Both the position numbers and the translations under genes were made by a program. From Candidatus Cloacimonadota bacterium (lineage in GTDB: Bacteria; Cloacimonadota; Cloacimonadia; Cloacimonadales; TCS61): DNA of 64,000 bases. Of this stretch, positions 55,707 through 64,000 are shown piece by piece (the first letter of the stretch is position 1; each line of letters opens with the position of its first letter). Where the stretch lies: assembly GCA_021734245.1 (NCBI GenBank), contig JAIPJH010000005.1:2606-66605 (forward strand), given 5' to 3'. The notes under the pieces were generated by a model that did not search any database, was not told the DNA's origin, and worked only from the letters and a program-made list of their open reading frames with translations.

Positions 55707-56255
55707 ATGAGAACATTTTTAGCTTTGGATCTTCCCGATCCAATTAGGCAGATTATATCCAGTCTCAGCTCCGAGCTTCAATCATTAAATGTTTCAGGAA
55801 TTAATTGGGTAGAATCGGAAAATCTGCACATCACTTTTCAATTTATCGGAGATACTCATCAACATCATATTTTGGAGATCACCGATTTTCTGGAAGACAT
55901 TTTCTCACAGATGCAATCCATTCATTTTTCCGAACCAAAACTTCAAATTATTCCGCAAAGAGATCCCAGAATTATCTGGCTCAGCCTGCAAACTAATCAC
56001 AAGAAAATATTTCAAGCTTCTCGAAAAATAAAGGAAAAACTGCTTGAAATGGGCTATAAGCTGGATAAGAAGCCGTTAAAATTTCATATAACTCTGGGCA
56101 GAATAAAAAAAAGATTGCCAAAATTCTTCATTCAAAAAATATTAACTACAGAGTTAAAAACGATCGGTTTTGATATTTCGGAAGCTGCTCTTTATCAGAG
56201 TTTTTTGCGACCGGAAGGACCGGTGTACGATAAGATTGTTAAATATGAGTTTTAA
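55707..56255 (+). CDS. thpR: RNA 2',3'-cyclic phosphodiesterase (2H phosphoesterase, LigT/ThpR)
   Basis: Two HxT motifs, HITFQF and HITLGR; located upstream of recA. Confidence 0.85.
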   Translation: MRTFLALDLPDPIRQIISSLSSELQSLNVSGINWVESENLHITFQFIGDTHQHHILEITDFLEDIFSQMQSIHFSEPKLQIIPQRDPRIIWLSLQTNHKKIFQASRKIKEKLLEMGYKLDKKPLKFHITLGRIKKRLPKFFIQKILTTELKTIGFDISEAALYQSFLRPEGPVYDKIVKYEF

Positions 56256-56267
56256 AAAGGAGAAAAC

Positions 56268-57305
56268 ATGAGTGTAAAAGATAAAAATTCAGCTTTGAAA
56301 ACAGCATTAACCCAACTCGATAAACAGTTTGGCGTGGGAACTGTGATGCGTCTCGGCGATAAACCGAAAGAAGATATTAACGCAATTCCAACCGGAGCGA
56401 TAAATCTGGATGCAGCACTGGGAATTGGGGGAATACCACGTGGTCGAGTTACCGAAATTTACGGACCGGAAGCATCGGGGAAAACCACGATTGCTCTGCA
56501 TTGCGTAGCTGAAGCACAAAAACAGGAAGGTGTAGTCGCCTTCATCGATGTGGAACATGCGCTCGATCCGGTTTATGCCGCAAGTATTGGTGTAGATACC
56601 AATAATCTTCTGCTTTCTCAGCCTGATGGTGGTGAGCAGGCTTTGGAAATCGTAGAAACACTGGTGCGCAGCAGCGCTATCGATCTGATCGTAGTTGATT
56701 CTGTAGCAGCTCTGGTTCCCAAAGCAGAGATCGAAGGAAACATGGGAGATTCTCATGTTGGCTTGCAGGCTCGTTTGATGTCTCAAGCTCTAAGAAAACT
56801 AACTGGAATTATCAGCAAATCAAAAACCGCTGTTATATTCATCAATCAAACCAGGATGAAAATCGGCGTTCCTGCTTATGTAAATCCCGAAACTACTACC
56901 GGCGGAGTGGCACTTAAATTTTATTCTTCTGTTCGCTTGGAAGTACGTAAAGTCGGTTCGATAAAAAAAGTGGGAGCAGAAGCAGAAATCATTGGTAATA
57001 AAACTCGTGTAAAGATCGTAAAAAATAAGTTCGCGCCACCCTTTAAAAAAATAGAATTTCCTATCATGTTTGGTGTGGGAATTTCTCATCTGGATATTCT
57101 CATCGAAATTGCAGTGCAACATGATATCGTGAAGAAGAGCGGTTCCTGGTTCTCTTATGGAGAAACCAAAATCGGCCAGGGTTCGGAGCGCGTAAAAGAT
57201 TTTCTGAATGAAAACGAAGAAGTTTTTTCCGAAATCGAAAAAGAAGTAAAAATTATTCTCGGACTCATAAAAGAAGAGGACGATGAAGGTAAGGACGAAG
57301 AATAA
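56268..57305 (+). CDS. recA: recombinase RecA
   Basis: GPEASGKTT Walker [10 protein letters not shown] and FINQTR motifs. Confidence 0.98.
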   Translation: MSVKDKNSALKTALTQLDKQFGVGTVMRLGDKPKEDINAIPTGAINLDAALGIGGIPRGRVTEIYGPEASGKTTIALHCVAEAQKQEGVVAFIDVEHALDPVYAASIGVDTNNLLLSQPDGGEQALEIVETLVRSSAIDLIVVDSVAALVPKAEIEGNMGDSHVGLQARLMSQALRKLTGIISKSKTAVIFINQTRMKIGVPAYVNPETTTGGVALKFYSSVRLEVRKVGSIKKVGAEAEIIGNKTRVKIVKNKFAPPFKKIEFPIMFGVGISHLDILIEIAVQHDIVKKSGSWFSYGETKIGQGSERVKDFLNENEEVFSEIEKEVKIILGLIKEEDDEGKDEE

Positions 57306-57897
57306 AACCAAAACTATTTTCATCGTTTCAATAGATGAAGAAATTTGGGGAACTCTGCCAGCCAGAGTTCTCCGTTTTTTTTCTATTTTGCCCGATCGGG
57401 AAAATGATATTCCCGACATCAAAAAAGCAGATATAATCAATGAAATTGAGATATTCAATTGGGATAAATTACTTAATTTTTTAGCTTATCGTGAACGTTC
57501 TATCTGGGAATGCAAAAATTTTTTAAAACAACAATTCCTGCCTTCCCAACTTATAGAAAAACTGCTGAAAAAAGCTGTGGAAAAGAACTTCGTAAATGAT
57601 GAACGTTTTGCTGAAATGTATGTGCAGGATCTCACCTCTAAGAACAAGAACGAAAGACAAATACGTTCCAAACTGATTGCAAAACACATCCCTGAAAATG
57701 TAGCTGAAAAAGTGATATCAGAAAATTTTTCTGTGAAGAACAAAGAACAAGTTTTGTCTGTCAATTATCAAAAAGCTGTCAGCAAATTTTACAGCCTTCC
57801 CACCCAAAAAAGAAAAGAAAAAATACTTAACTACTTGACCCGAAAAGGATTTTCTTATTGGGATGTAAAACAGAAAATGGATGAGGAAGGTTATTGA
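57283..57897 (+). CDS. recX: recombination regulator RecX
   Basis: Located immediately after recA (23-nt overlap). Helical-repeat protein with [18 protein letters not shown]. Confidence 0.7.
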   Translation: MKVRTKNKTKTIFIVSIDEEIWGTLPARVLRFFSILPDRENDIPDIKKADIINEIEIFNWDKLLNFLAYRERSIWECKNFLKQQFLPSQLIEKLLKKAVEKNFVNDERFAEMYVQDLTSKNKNERQIRSKLIAKHIPENVAEKVISENFSVKNKEQVLSVNYQKAVSKFYSLPTQKRKEKILNYLTRKGFSYWDVKQKMDEEGY

Positions 57898-58379
57898 TGA
57901 GCAAGGTTGAAAAGATCAGATATTCCTACGATCAGATCCACGAAATTGTGAAAAAGATGGCAGAAAAAATAACAGAGAAATATGGCAAAATAGATATCAT
58001 AATCAGCATCGCTACCGGCGGTTGGATTCCCGCCAGAATTCTGCGAACATTTCTTCCTCATTCAGAGCAGCTTCCACTTCCTTTGTATTCCATCGGAATT
58101 ATAAATTACGACAGCCGAGATAAACTTCTCAGTGAAGCGATCATCGTTCAGGAATTACCGGCAAAGTTGAATTTGGAAGGTAAAAATGTGTTGCTGGTGG
58201 ATGAAGTAGCAGATTCGGGCGGAACGTTTATCAAAGCGGCAGAATATATCGAATCCAAGAATCCAGAAAAGTTAAGAACGGCAGTTTTACATCTAAAAGA
58301 ACAATCCAGCTTCAAGCCAGACATCGTAGGAGAATTTGCCGGAAATAATTGGATTGTTTACCCGTGGGATGCAAAATGA
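57894..58379 (+). CDS. phosphoribosyltransferase (purine PRT-like)
   Basis: PRPP-binding motif VLLVDEVADSGGT. Confidence 0.8.
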   Translation: MMSKVEKIRYSYDQIHEIVKKMAEKITEKYGKIDIIISIATGGWIPARILRTFLPHSEQLPLPLYSIGIINYDSRDKLLSEAIIVQELPAKLNLEGKNVLLVDEVADSGGTFIKAAEYIESKNPEKLRTAVLHLKEQSSFKPDIVGEFAGNNWIVYPWDAK

Positions 58380-58383
58380 AAAC

Positions 58384-58416
58384 ATCGGATTGTTGGCAGA
58401 TAATCCGATTGTTTTT
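58384..58416 (+). terminator. intrinsic terminator
   Basis: Stem ATCGGATT/AATCCGAT followed by TGTTTTT. Confidence 0.6.
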
Positions 58417-58473
58417 GATAACAGATTCAAACGTTCCGAAGAGCTCCGCACATTTGGAAGTTTAAGGTGAAAA

Positions 58474-58917
58474 ATGAAAAAACATATTTATAAAGAAATC
58501 GTAATTCCGGCCAAAATAACGAGAGTTTGGAAAGCCTGGACTGTGAAGGAAGAATTGATTAAATTCTTTTCTCCCGAAGCTGAAGTTGAGATGAAAATCG
58601 GTGGAAAATATGAGATGTATTTTCTGGTTGATAACCCTGTCGGAACGCGCGGTGGAGAAGGAAATAAAATTTTGAGTTTTCTGCCGCATAAAATGCTGTC
58701 TTTCAGCTGGAATGCACCGCCGCAATATCCAGAAGTGCGCAAAGAAAAAACCTGGTGCGTGCTTTTCTTTGATAAATTAGATTTAACTTCCACTAAAATC
58801 AGATTTTATCATCTTGGCTGGCAGGAAGGTGATGAATGGGACCAGGTTTACGATTATTTTCAGAAAGCCTGGGATTATGTTTTGGGAAATTTACAGAAAT
58901 ATTTTGAGAAAAAATAA
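58474..58917 (+). CDS. SRPBCC / AHSA1 family protein
   Basis: 147 aa with the pattern I.A....VW.AWT..E.L..F, FSWNAPP and a W-rich C-terminus. Confidence 0.6.
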   Translation: MKKHIYKEIVIPAKITRVWKAWTVKEELIKFFSPEAEVEMKIGGKYEMYFLVDNPVGTRGGEGNKILSFLPHKMLSFSWNAPPQYPEVRKEKTWCVLFFDKLDLTSTKIRFYHLGWQEGDEWDQVYDYFQKAWDYVLGNLQKYFEKK

Positions 58918-59080
58918 GTGTCGCCGAGCTTGTTTCATCCGTCAGGTGCCGACACCGTCCTGAGCTTGTCGAAGGACGAAGAGAAATTAAGGTTAATTTT
59001 CATTAAATTTTGAAATGGTTTTTAACCCCCTGTGTCCCCCTTTCCAGGGGGAAATGAGGAAAAAAAGGAAAAAGTCTATC

Positions 59081-60184
59081 ATGAAAAAAGAAAAGAAAAT
59101 TACAGTCTCGGAAATAGTTAATCACATCCATAAAACTGCTCATCCCGATTTAGCATTCAATTGGGATAATGTGGGATTTCAAATTGGTGATGGAAATCAG
59201 GAAGTGAAGAAAATCCTGCTTACTCTGGATGTGACGGAAAATGCTATCAACAAAGCGATCAAAGAAAATATCGGTCTCATCATTTCTCATCATCCGTTTA
59301 TTTTCAAACCGCTCAAAAAGATTACCAATCCGCTGTATCTCAAACTGATCAAAAACGACATCGCAGTTTTCTGCGCTCACACAAATCTGGATGTGATCAA
59401 GAAAGGTGTAAATTCTGCTTTGGCAGGAAAGCTGAAGCTGCAGAATATTGAATTTCTAACTTCAGATTCCGGTGCTTCAGTTTATCATGTTGCTGTTTAT
59501 GTTCCAGCCGGAAATATGGTGGAAGTTGCAAATGCAGTTTTTGAAGCAGGTGCAGGAATAATCGGAAACTACAGTAACTGCATGAATGATTACGAAGTGA
59601 GTGGACAGTTCATTCCGAAAGAAGGAAGCAATCCCATCTTGGGCAGTCAGAATAAACTGGAAAAAGTTGTGGAACGTAAATTTGAATTTTTCGTCGATTC
59701 GTTTAAACTTCCCAAAGTTTTGGATACGATGAAAAAAGCTCATCCTTACGAAACTCCGGCGTTTGCCGTTTATCCGCAGGAAAAACCGAATGAAAATTAT
59801 GGTTTGGGAATGCTGGGAAATTTAACTCAGGAAATGACTTTGGAAGATTTTACTGAATTTGTAAAAATAAGACTGAAAGCTCCGTTTGTGAAGTTATGGC
59901 CGGCAGATAAAAAGAAAAATATTCTGATCAAAAAAGTGGCAGTTTGCGGCGGCAGCGGAACTTCTCTTATTCCTCAGGTTTATGGAAGAGCAGATGTTTT
60001 TGTTTCGGCAGATTTTACTTATCACACAATTCTGGACTGTAAAATTCCCCTGATTGATGCAGGACATTTCTACACCGAAAATCCAGTATTGCAGAACCTG
60101 AAAGAAATGCTGCAGGAATTTGAACTGGAAATTTTAGAACTTAGTCCAAAACAACATGAGATAAAGAAATTAGAGGTTTTGTAA
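59081..60184 (+). CDS. Nif3-like dinuclear metal centre protein (YqfO/YbgI family, with inserted domain)
   Basis: WDNVGFQIGD, ISHHPFIF, AHTNLD and the C-terminal DAGHF. The upstream part of the ORF (59015-59080) looks hairpin- or repeat-derived. Confidence 0.85.
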   Translation: MKKEKKITVSEIVNHIHKTAHPDLAFNWDNVGFQIGDGNQEVKKILLTLDVTENAINKAIKENIGLIISHHPFIFKPLKKITNPLYLKLIKNDIAVFCAHTNLDVIKKGVNSALAGKLKLQNIEFLTSDSGASVYHVAVYVPAGNMVEVANAVFEAGAGIIGNYSNCMNDYEVSGQFIPKEGSNPILGSQNKLEKVVERKFEFFVDSFKLPKVLDTMKKAHPYETPAFAVYPQEKPNENYGLGMLGNLTQEMTLEDFTEFVKIRLKAPFVKLWPADKKKNILIKKVAVCGGSGTSLIPQVYGRADVFVSADFTYHTILDCKIPLIDAGHFYTENPVLQNLKEMLQEFELEILELSPKQHEIKKLEVL

Positions 60185-60273
60185 AATATTCCAACATTGC
60201 ATTGTTATATTTTTTAACAATTATTCTTGACGCATAAACTCTCTGAATTAACTTATCCCGCAGGAGGATAAAA

Positions 60274-61044
60274 ATGTTTGATTTCAATAAAAAAATGGGG
60301 ATAAGAATAAAAGAACTAAGAGAGGAATTAAATCTGTCTCAAAGTGAATTTGCCGGCAGATTAAATCTGCGCAGAGAAGCCATAACCAATCTGGAAAATG
60401 GTAAACGTAAAATTACCGCCGAAGAATTGGCAAAAATCTCGAAAATTCTCAATATTTCAATCGATGCTCTGCTAAACCCTGAAAAGGACATTTCAGTTAT
60501 TTTAGAAAAAGAAAAGCAGATTCCTAAAACTAATTCTGAGATCCGTATTAATGTTCCTCAAAAAAACATAAATAAATTCAAAGAAGTTTTACTCTATATT
60601 TTAAATAAGGTTGGTTCAAAACCAAATATCGGTGAAACTGTTCTATATAAAATCTTATATTTCATTGATTTTGATTTCTATGAAAAATATGAAGAACAAT
60701 TGATCGGTGCAACTTATCAAAAGAATAATTATGGCCCTACTCCCAAAGAATTTATTAAGATCGTTTCTGAAATGGAAGGCAAAGATCTACGAAAATTAAA
60801 GGATGAATATTTCAAATATCCACAAACAAAATACCTGCCTCTGCGAGAACCGGATCTTTCAATTCTGGAAGCAAGGGAAACGCAATTAATCGATCATGTT
60901 ATTGCCAAGCTTGCCGATATGAATGCAGCTCAAATCAGTGAATATTCTCATGGAGATGTTCCCTGGCTTACAACTGAAGATAGCGCTATCATTGATTATG
61001 AAAGTGTGTTTTATCGTACAGCTCCATATTCAGTTAGAAATTAA
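60274..61044 (+). CDS. XRE-family HTH fused to a Panacea (DUF4065, SocA-like) domain: type II antitoxin candidate
   Basis: N-terminal IKELREELNLSQSEFAGRLNLRREAITNLENGKR. C-terminal LYKILYFIDFDFYEKYEEQLIGATYQKNNYGPTP and WLTTE. Confidence 0.7.
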   Translation: MFDFNKKMGIRIKELREELNLSQSEFAGRLNLRREAITNLENGKRKITAEELAKISKILNISIDALLNPEKDISVILEKEKQIPKTNSEIRINVPQKNINKFKEVLLYILNKVGSKPNIGETVLYKILYFIDFDFYEKYEEQLIGATYQKNNYGPTPKEFIKIVSEMEGKDLRKLKDEYFKYPQTKYLPLREPDLSILEARETQLIDHVIAKLADMNAAQISEYSHGDVPWLTTEDSAIIDYESVFYRTAPYSVRN

Positions 61045-61047
61045 TCT

Positions 61048-61404
61048 ATGCAACTCGCTTTTTCGAAAGAATTTAAAAGAGATTTGAAGAAATTAAAGAA
61101 ACCGTTTCGTACTCTTGATTCTGACCTGCAGAATTTCATCAAAGTTCAGATCAAACTTTTCCATGAATTGAAACTCGATAACCAGGGAATTGTTGAAATT
61201 TCCGGTTTGGGAATCGAATATCCCAAAATCTTTAAAGCTCGGAAATTTGCCTGCCGTTCATTAAAAGGAACAGGCTCTCGCAGTGGAATCAGAATTATTT
61301 ATGCTTATTTTCTCGATCAAAATAAGATCGAATTCATCGAGATTTATTACAAAGGTGATAAAGAAAATGAAGATCAGGAAAGGATTGAAAGCAAATATGG
61401 ATAG
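61048..61404 (+). CDS. RelE/ParE superfamily-like toxin candidate
   Basis: 118 aa starting 3 nt after the antitoxin stop. KARKFACRSLKGTGSRSGIRIIYAYF...IEFIEIYYKGDKENED resembles the HigB/RelE/Gp49 pattern (G..GG.R.IY......I.ll.iY.K....d). Confidence 0.6.
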   Translation: MQLAFSKEFKRDLKKLKKPFRTLDSDLQNFIKVQIKLFHELKLDNQGIVEISGLGIEYPKIFKARKFACRSLKGTGSRSGIRIIYAYFLDQNKIEFIEIYYKGDKENEDQERIESKYG

Positions 61405-61438
61405 AAAGAAATTATGGCTTGAAATATATCAATTCATC

Positions 61439-61512
61439 GGTCGATTCATGAATCGACCAAAAAAGATTCCTTTCAAAAAAATTCAATTACTCGTGTGATT
61501 CGGGAATCACAC
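61439..61512. repeat. two related palindromic hairpins (GGTCGATTCATGAATCGACC and GTGTGATTCGGGAATCACAC)
   Basis: A perfect 10-bp-arm palindrome at 61439-61458 and a 9-bp-arm hairpin at 61493-61512. Both have a GATTC/GAATC core and lie directly 5' of the transposase remnant. Confidence 0.75.
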
Positions 61513-61734
61513 CAACAAAGGCGAAAAATGTTGATTTCAAAAGTTATTGGAAAATTCAAAATGCAATCTGCAAAAGAAATAAATATTATACGAGAAACAC
61601 CTGGAAAAAGAGTTTGGCAACGTAGATATTATGATCATATCATTAGAAATCAACAAGATTTGAATAACACAAAACATTACATCATCAATAATCCAAAAAA
61701 TTGGATTGGAGATGATAATTTCTTGGAGATATAA
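61495..61734 (+). pseudogene. N-terminally truncated IS200-like / REP-associated tyrosine transposase (RAYT-type) remnant
   Basis: VIGKFKMQSAKEIN...GKRVWQRRYYDHIIRNQQDLNNTKHYIINNPKNW corresponds to the C-terminal half of COG1943-type Y1 transposases. The HUH-containing N-terminal ~90 aa are absent. Confidence 0.65.
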
Positions 61735-61736
61735 AT

Positions 61737-62183
61737 TTGGATATTCCCCTCTGGATGTCGGAATTCATACAGAATTACGGAATAATTGCGTTATTTGTAA
61801 CATCGTTCATTGCGGCTACGATCGTGCCGGCAAGTTCGGCGGCAATTCTACTGGCAGCGCTGGCTGCCAAAGCCCCGGTTGTGCCTGCTTTCATTGCCTG
61901 TTCGGTTGGCAACAGCCTGGGTTGTGCTGCCAATTACTGGATGGGTTATCTGATCGGGAAACCGCTCATTCCCAAATTGGAAAAAAGCAAAAGCGGACGC
62001 AAAGCTCTGGAATATTCACAAAAATACGGAACCTGGAGTCTGCTGCTTTCCTGGACGCCTTTTCTGGGAGATCCACTCACAATCGCGGCTGGAATTTTCC
62101 GGGTAAATTTCCTTAAATTTTCGTTGATCGTTTATTCTTTGCGGATTGTTGGTTATGCTTTGATTGCGATATTTTTTGTTTAG
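61737..62183 (+). CDS. YqaA/DedA-like (SNARE-associated) membrane protein
   Basis: FVTSFIAATIVPASSAA, GNSLGCAANYWMGYLIG and SWTPFLGDPLTIAAG. Confidence 0.75.
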   Translation: MDIPLWMSEFIQNYGIIALFVTSFIAATIVPASSAAILLAALAAKAPVVPAFIACSVGNSLGCAANYWMGYLIGKPLIPKLEKSKSGRKALEYSQKYGTWSLLLSWTPFLGDPLTIAAGIFRVNFLKFSLIVYSLRIVGYALIAIFFV

Positions 62184-62195
62184 TTTAAATATAAA

Positions 62196-62221
62196 CAGCC
62201 TTCCCAAAATTGAGAAGGCTG
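62196..62221. terminator. hairpin between convergent genes
   Basis: 8-bp stem CAGCCTTC/GAAGGCTG with a 10-nt loop. Confidence 0.5.
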
Positions 62222-62241
62222 CATTCAAAGAAAATCTTTAT

Positions 62242-63024
62242 CTATTTAAATTCTAAGGTTACTTTATCTTTTGTCTCTGCTTTCACTCCAGGAAAATCCA
62301 TCATCATATTTTCCATTTGTGTTGGTTGCATTTCTTCCATTTTCTTCATCAATAAGACAGATTTTTCATCTTTCATCAATTCAGCAAAAATTATTTCCTG
62401 CAAAATAATCTCATTTCCATTTATATGATCTGCATCGGAATCTGTAATGGTACCATTCACCACAATTTTTGTAGAAACTTCCATGTCGGCATAAAGTGTT
62501 TGAGCCATTTGCATTGCCTGCTGCTGTTCTTCATCAGTTATTTCTTCCATTTCTTCGTCTTCCCATTCCATATCTTCCGGTGTTTCTTCCATTTCTTCTT
62601 TCGGGAAAATAATTTCCAATTTTGCCTTCTTTCCTTTATGAAATTTGAAACTGAGATTATCCTGAACTGAACTTCCCATGCCCATATCCATCATTTCACC
62701 AGCGGCATCTTCGGCAATTGTCAATTTTTCTATGTCTGGAAAAGAATAGGTAACTTCATAACCTTTCAAACTGTTTTTATGAACCGCTTTACTACTTACA
62801 TACTTAACGCCTTCGCCGTATTTGGAAGCATCAGATTTCAACTGTTCCACATCATGATAAGTGCTTTCTCCACCAGGCTTTTTGCCCAATTCCGAAGATA
62901 GCAGAAACATCTCCACGATCGTTCCGCTGCCGTCTTTGTTCACGTTGATGATACGATGCGACTGAAAACAGCCAGCTAATAATAATACCATTCCTAAAAT
63001 TACGACAAATAATGCTTTTTTCAT
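62242..63024 (-). CDS. hypothetical lipoprotein with an acidic, Met-rich central region
   Basis: Lipobox LLLAGCF; EEMEETPEDMEWEDEEMEEITDEEQQQAMQMAQ. Confidence 0.55.
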   Translation of the reverse strand: MKKALFVVILGMVLLLAGCFQSHRIINVNKDGSGTIVEMFLLSSELGKKPGGESTYHDVEQLKSDASKYGEGVKYVSSKAVHKNSLKGYEVTYSFPDIEKLTIAEDAAGEMMDMGMGSSVQDNLSFKFHKGKKAKLEIIFPKEEMEETPEDMEWEDEEMEEITDEEQQQAMQMAQTLYADMEVSTKIVVNGTITDSDADHINGNEIILQEIIFAELMKDEKSVLLMKKMEEMQPTQMENMMMDFPGVKAETKDKVTLEFK

Positions 63025-63071
63025 TTCCCTTCCCCTTTTTCAATAAAATATCTTATTTATTTTACTCGCTA

Positions 63072-63096
63072 TCCTTCGACTTCGCTCAGGATGACA
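63072..63096 (-). repeat. 25-nt dispersed repeat, copy B
   Basis: Its reverse complement equals 51347-51371 exactly. Confidence 0.85.
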
Positions 63097-63162
63097 GGCT
63101 TTTATCAGTGTCTATCCACGTAAATCATTGAGCTATTTTGTTCGCTTTTATCCGTTGCAAAC

Positions 63163-64000
63163 TTACCCCTTCAAACCACTCGATGCGAAACTGGCGATGA
63201 TCTGCTTCTGAGCAATTACAAATAGAATTACCAGCGGCAAAATGCTGAAAGTGGAGGCAGCCATCAGCAGCGAAGTTTGCGTGGAAGCTTCCTGAGAGAA
63301 ATAACTGAGTCCAACCTGCAGTACGCGCAGTTCCGGGCTGTCAGTCATGATCAGTGGCCACATAAAACTGTTCCAGCTGCCGATAAATCCAAAAATCGCC
63401 GCTGTTGCGATCACCGATTTGGAAAGCGGTAACACGATCTTCCACAAAATCTTGAAGCGGCTGCAACCGTCTATTTCTGCAGCATCGAAAAGATCACGCG
63501 GAATGGTTTTGAATTGCTGACGCAGCAGGAAAATCGTGAAAATATTGGCAATCCAGGGCACGATAAGAGCCTGATAAGTATCTATCCAACCCAGATGATT
63601 CAAAAGCACGTAAGATGGAATCAGGTAAACCGGCTGCGGAACCATCATCATACTGATAAAAAGATAGAAAATAAAATCCTGACCTTTGAATTTCATCGTG
63701 GCAAATGCATAAGATGCCAGCGATCCCGTTATCAAAACGCCGATAACCACACAACACGAGACAATGATCGTGTTCAAAAAATAGCGACCGAAAGGAACTT
63801 TATTGAACGCTAAAGCAAAATTTTCCCAATGCAGTTTTACCTTTTTCTCATGCCGGATGGCTGTATTTGGCACTTTAGCATAAGAACGTATACGATTCAT
63901 TTCTACATCAAAAAGATGAACATAAGAGCTGTCTGCATCTTCTTTTACAATCGTTGCGTAATAATCTTTTCCGTTTTCTGTGTAGATGTCAGATTCTTCG
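63163..64000 (-). CDS. carbohydrate-type ABC transporter permease (MalG/BPD_transp_1 family), 5'-partial at the window edge
   Basis: EAA-loop region DAAEIDGCSRFKILWKIVLP. The reading frame stays open upstream of the ATG at 63900 all the way to the window end. Confidence 0.8.
   Translation of the reverse strand, partial: EESDIYTENGKDYYATIVKEDADSSYVHLFDVEMNRIRSYAKVPNTAIRHEKKVKLHWENFALAFNKVPFGRYFLNTIIVSCCVVIGVLITGSLASYAFATMKFKGQDFIFYLFISMMMVPQPVYLIPSYVLLNHLGWIDTYQALIVPWIANIFTIFLLRQQFKTIPRDLFDAAEIDGCSRFKILWKIVLPLSKSVIATAAIFGFIGSWNSFMWPLIMTDSPELRVLQVGLSYFSQEASTQTSLLMAASTFSILPLVILFVIAQKQIIASFASSGLKG

Noticed and set aside
61706-62116. 136-aa ORF overlapping the YqaA-like gene in another frame.
   Set aside because: The 61737..62183 frame has clear YqaA/DedA-like membrane motifs. 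The alternative frame translates to Gly/Cys/Arg-rich low-complexity sequence.

Overview
AT-rich (by eye) bacterial chromosomal segment with Shine-Dalgarno-type ribosome-binding sites. Five secreted proteins end in the T9SS-type C-terminal sorting domain (PNPFNP...ISF...IYN..G..V..L...WNG.D..G..V.SG.YF), which suggests an FCB-group or Cloacimonadota-like organism; that assignment is inference only. All calls come from reading the ORF translations and the DNA by eye; no searches were run. Housekeeping anchors are rpmH-rnpA-yidD-yidC-jag, purA, RNase P RNA (rnpB), recJ, lnt, rpmB and thpR-recA-recX. Between them sit these accessory modules: (1) a MacB-type ABC exporter; (2) a racemase, GNAT and D-aminopeptidase trio; (3) a glycan-processing cluster with a D-glucuronyl C5-epimerase-like protein, a GH20 hexosaminidase, an orphan TPR histidine kinase and a PNGase F-like protein; (4) a Cu/Ag-type RND efflux island (TolC-like, CusB-like with two metal-binding domains, CusA/CzcA) followed by DUF302, DUF3347 and a rhodanese, with a GC-rich perfect palindrome at its 5' end; (5) an ECF-like sigma factor with a C-terminal extension, placed divergently from small secreted proteins and an LVIVD-type T9SS cargo; (6) an ANT(6)-like, GNAT and VOC cluster; (7) an ECF sigma / anti-sigma / Spy-CpxP-like envelope stress module; (8) an XRE-Panacea antitoxin with a RelE/ParE-like toxin, next to a truncated IS200-like (RAYT-type) transposase remnant and two related hairpins. 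The most notable observations are: an in-frame TGA between a signal peptide and the PNGase F-like body; a conserved ~75-nt 3' element after two T9SS cargo genes; ~30-nt repeat-like in-frame insertions in two T9SS sorting domains; several families of short GC-rich dispersed repeats and hairpins; a perfect 48-nt palindrome at the P3 position of rnpB; and a GDEAKAK variant of the PurA P-loop. I saw no CRISPR array, rRNA, tRNA or intact mobile element.
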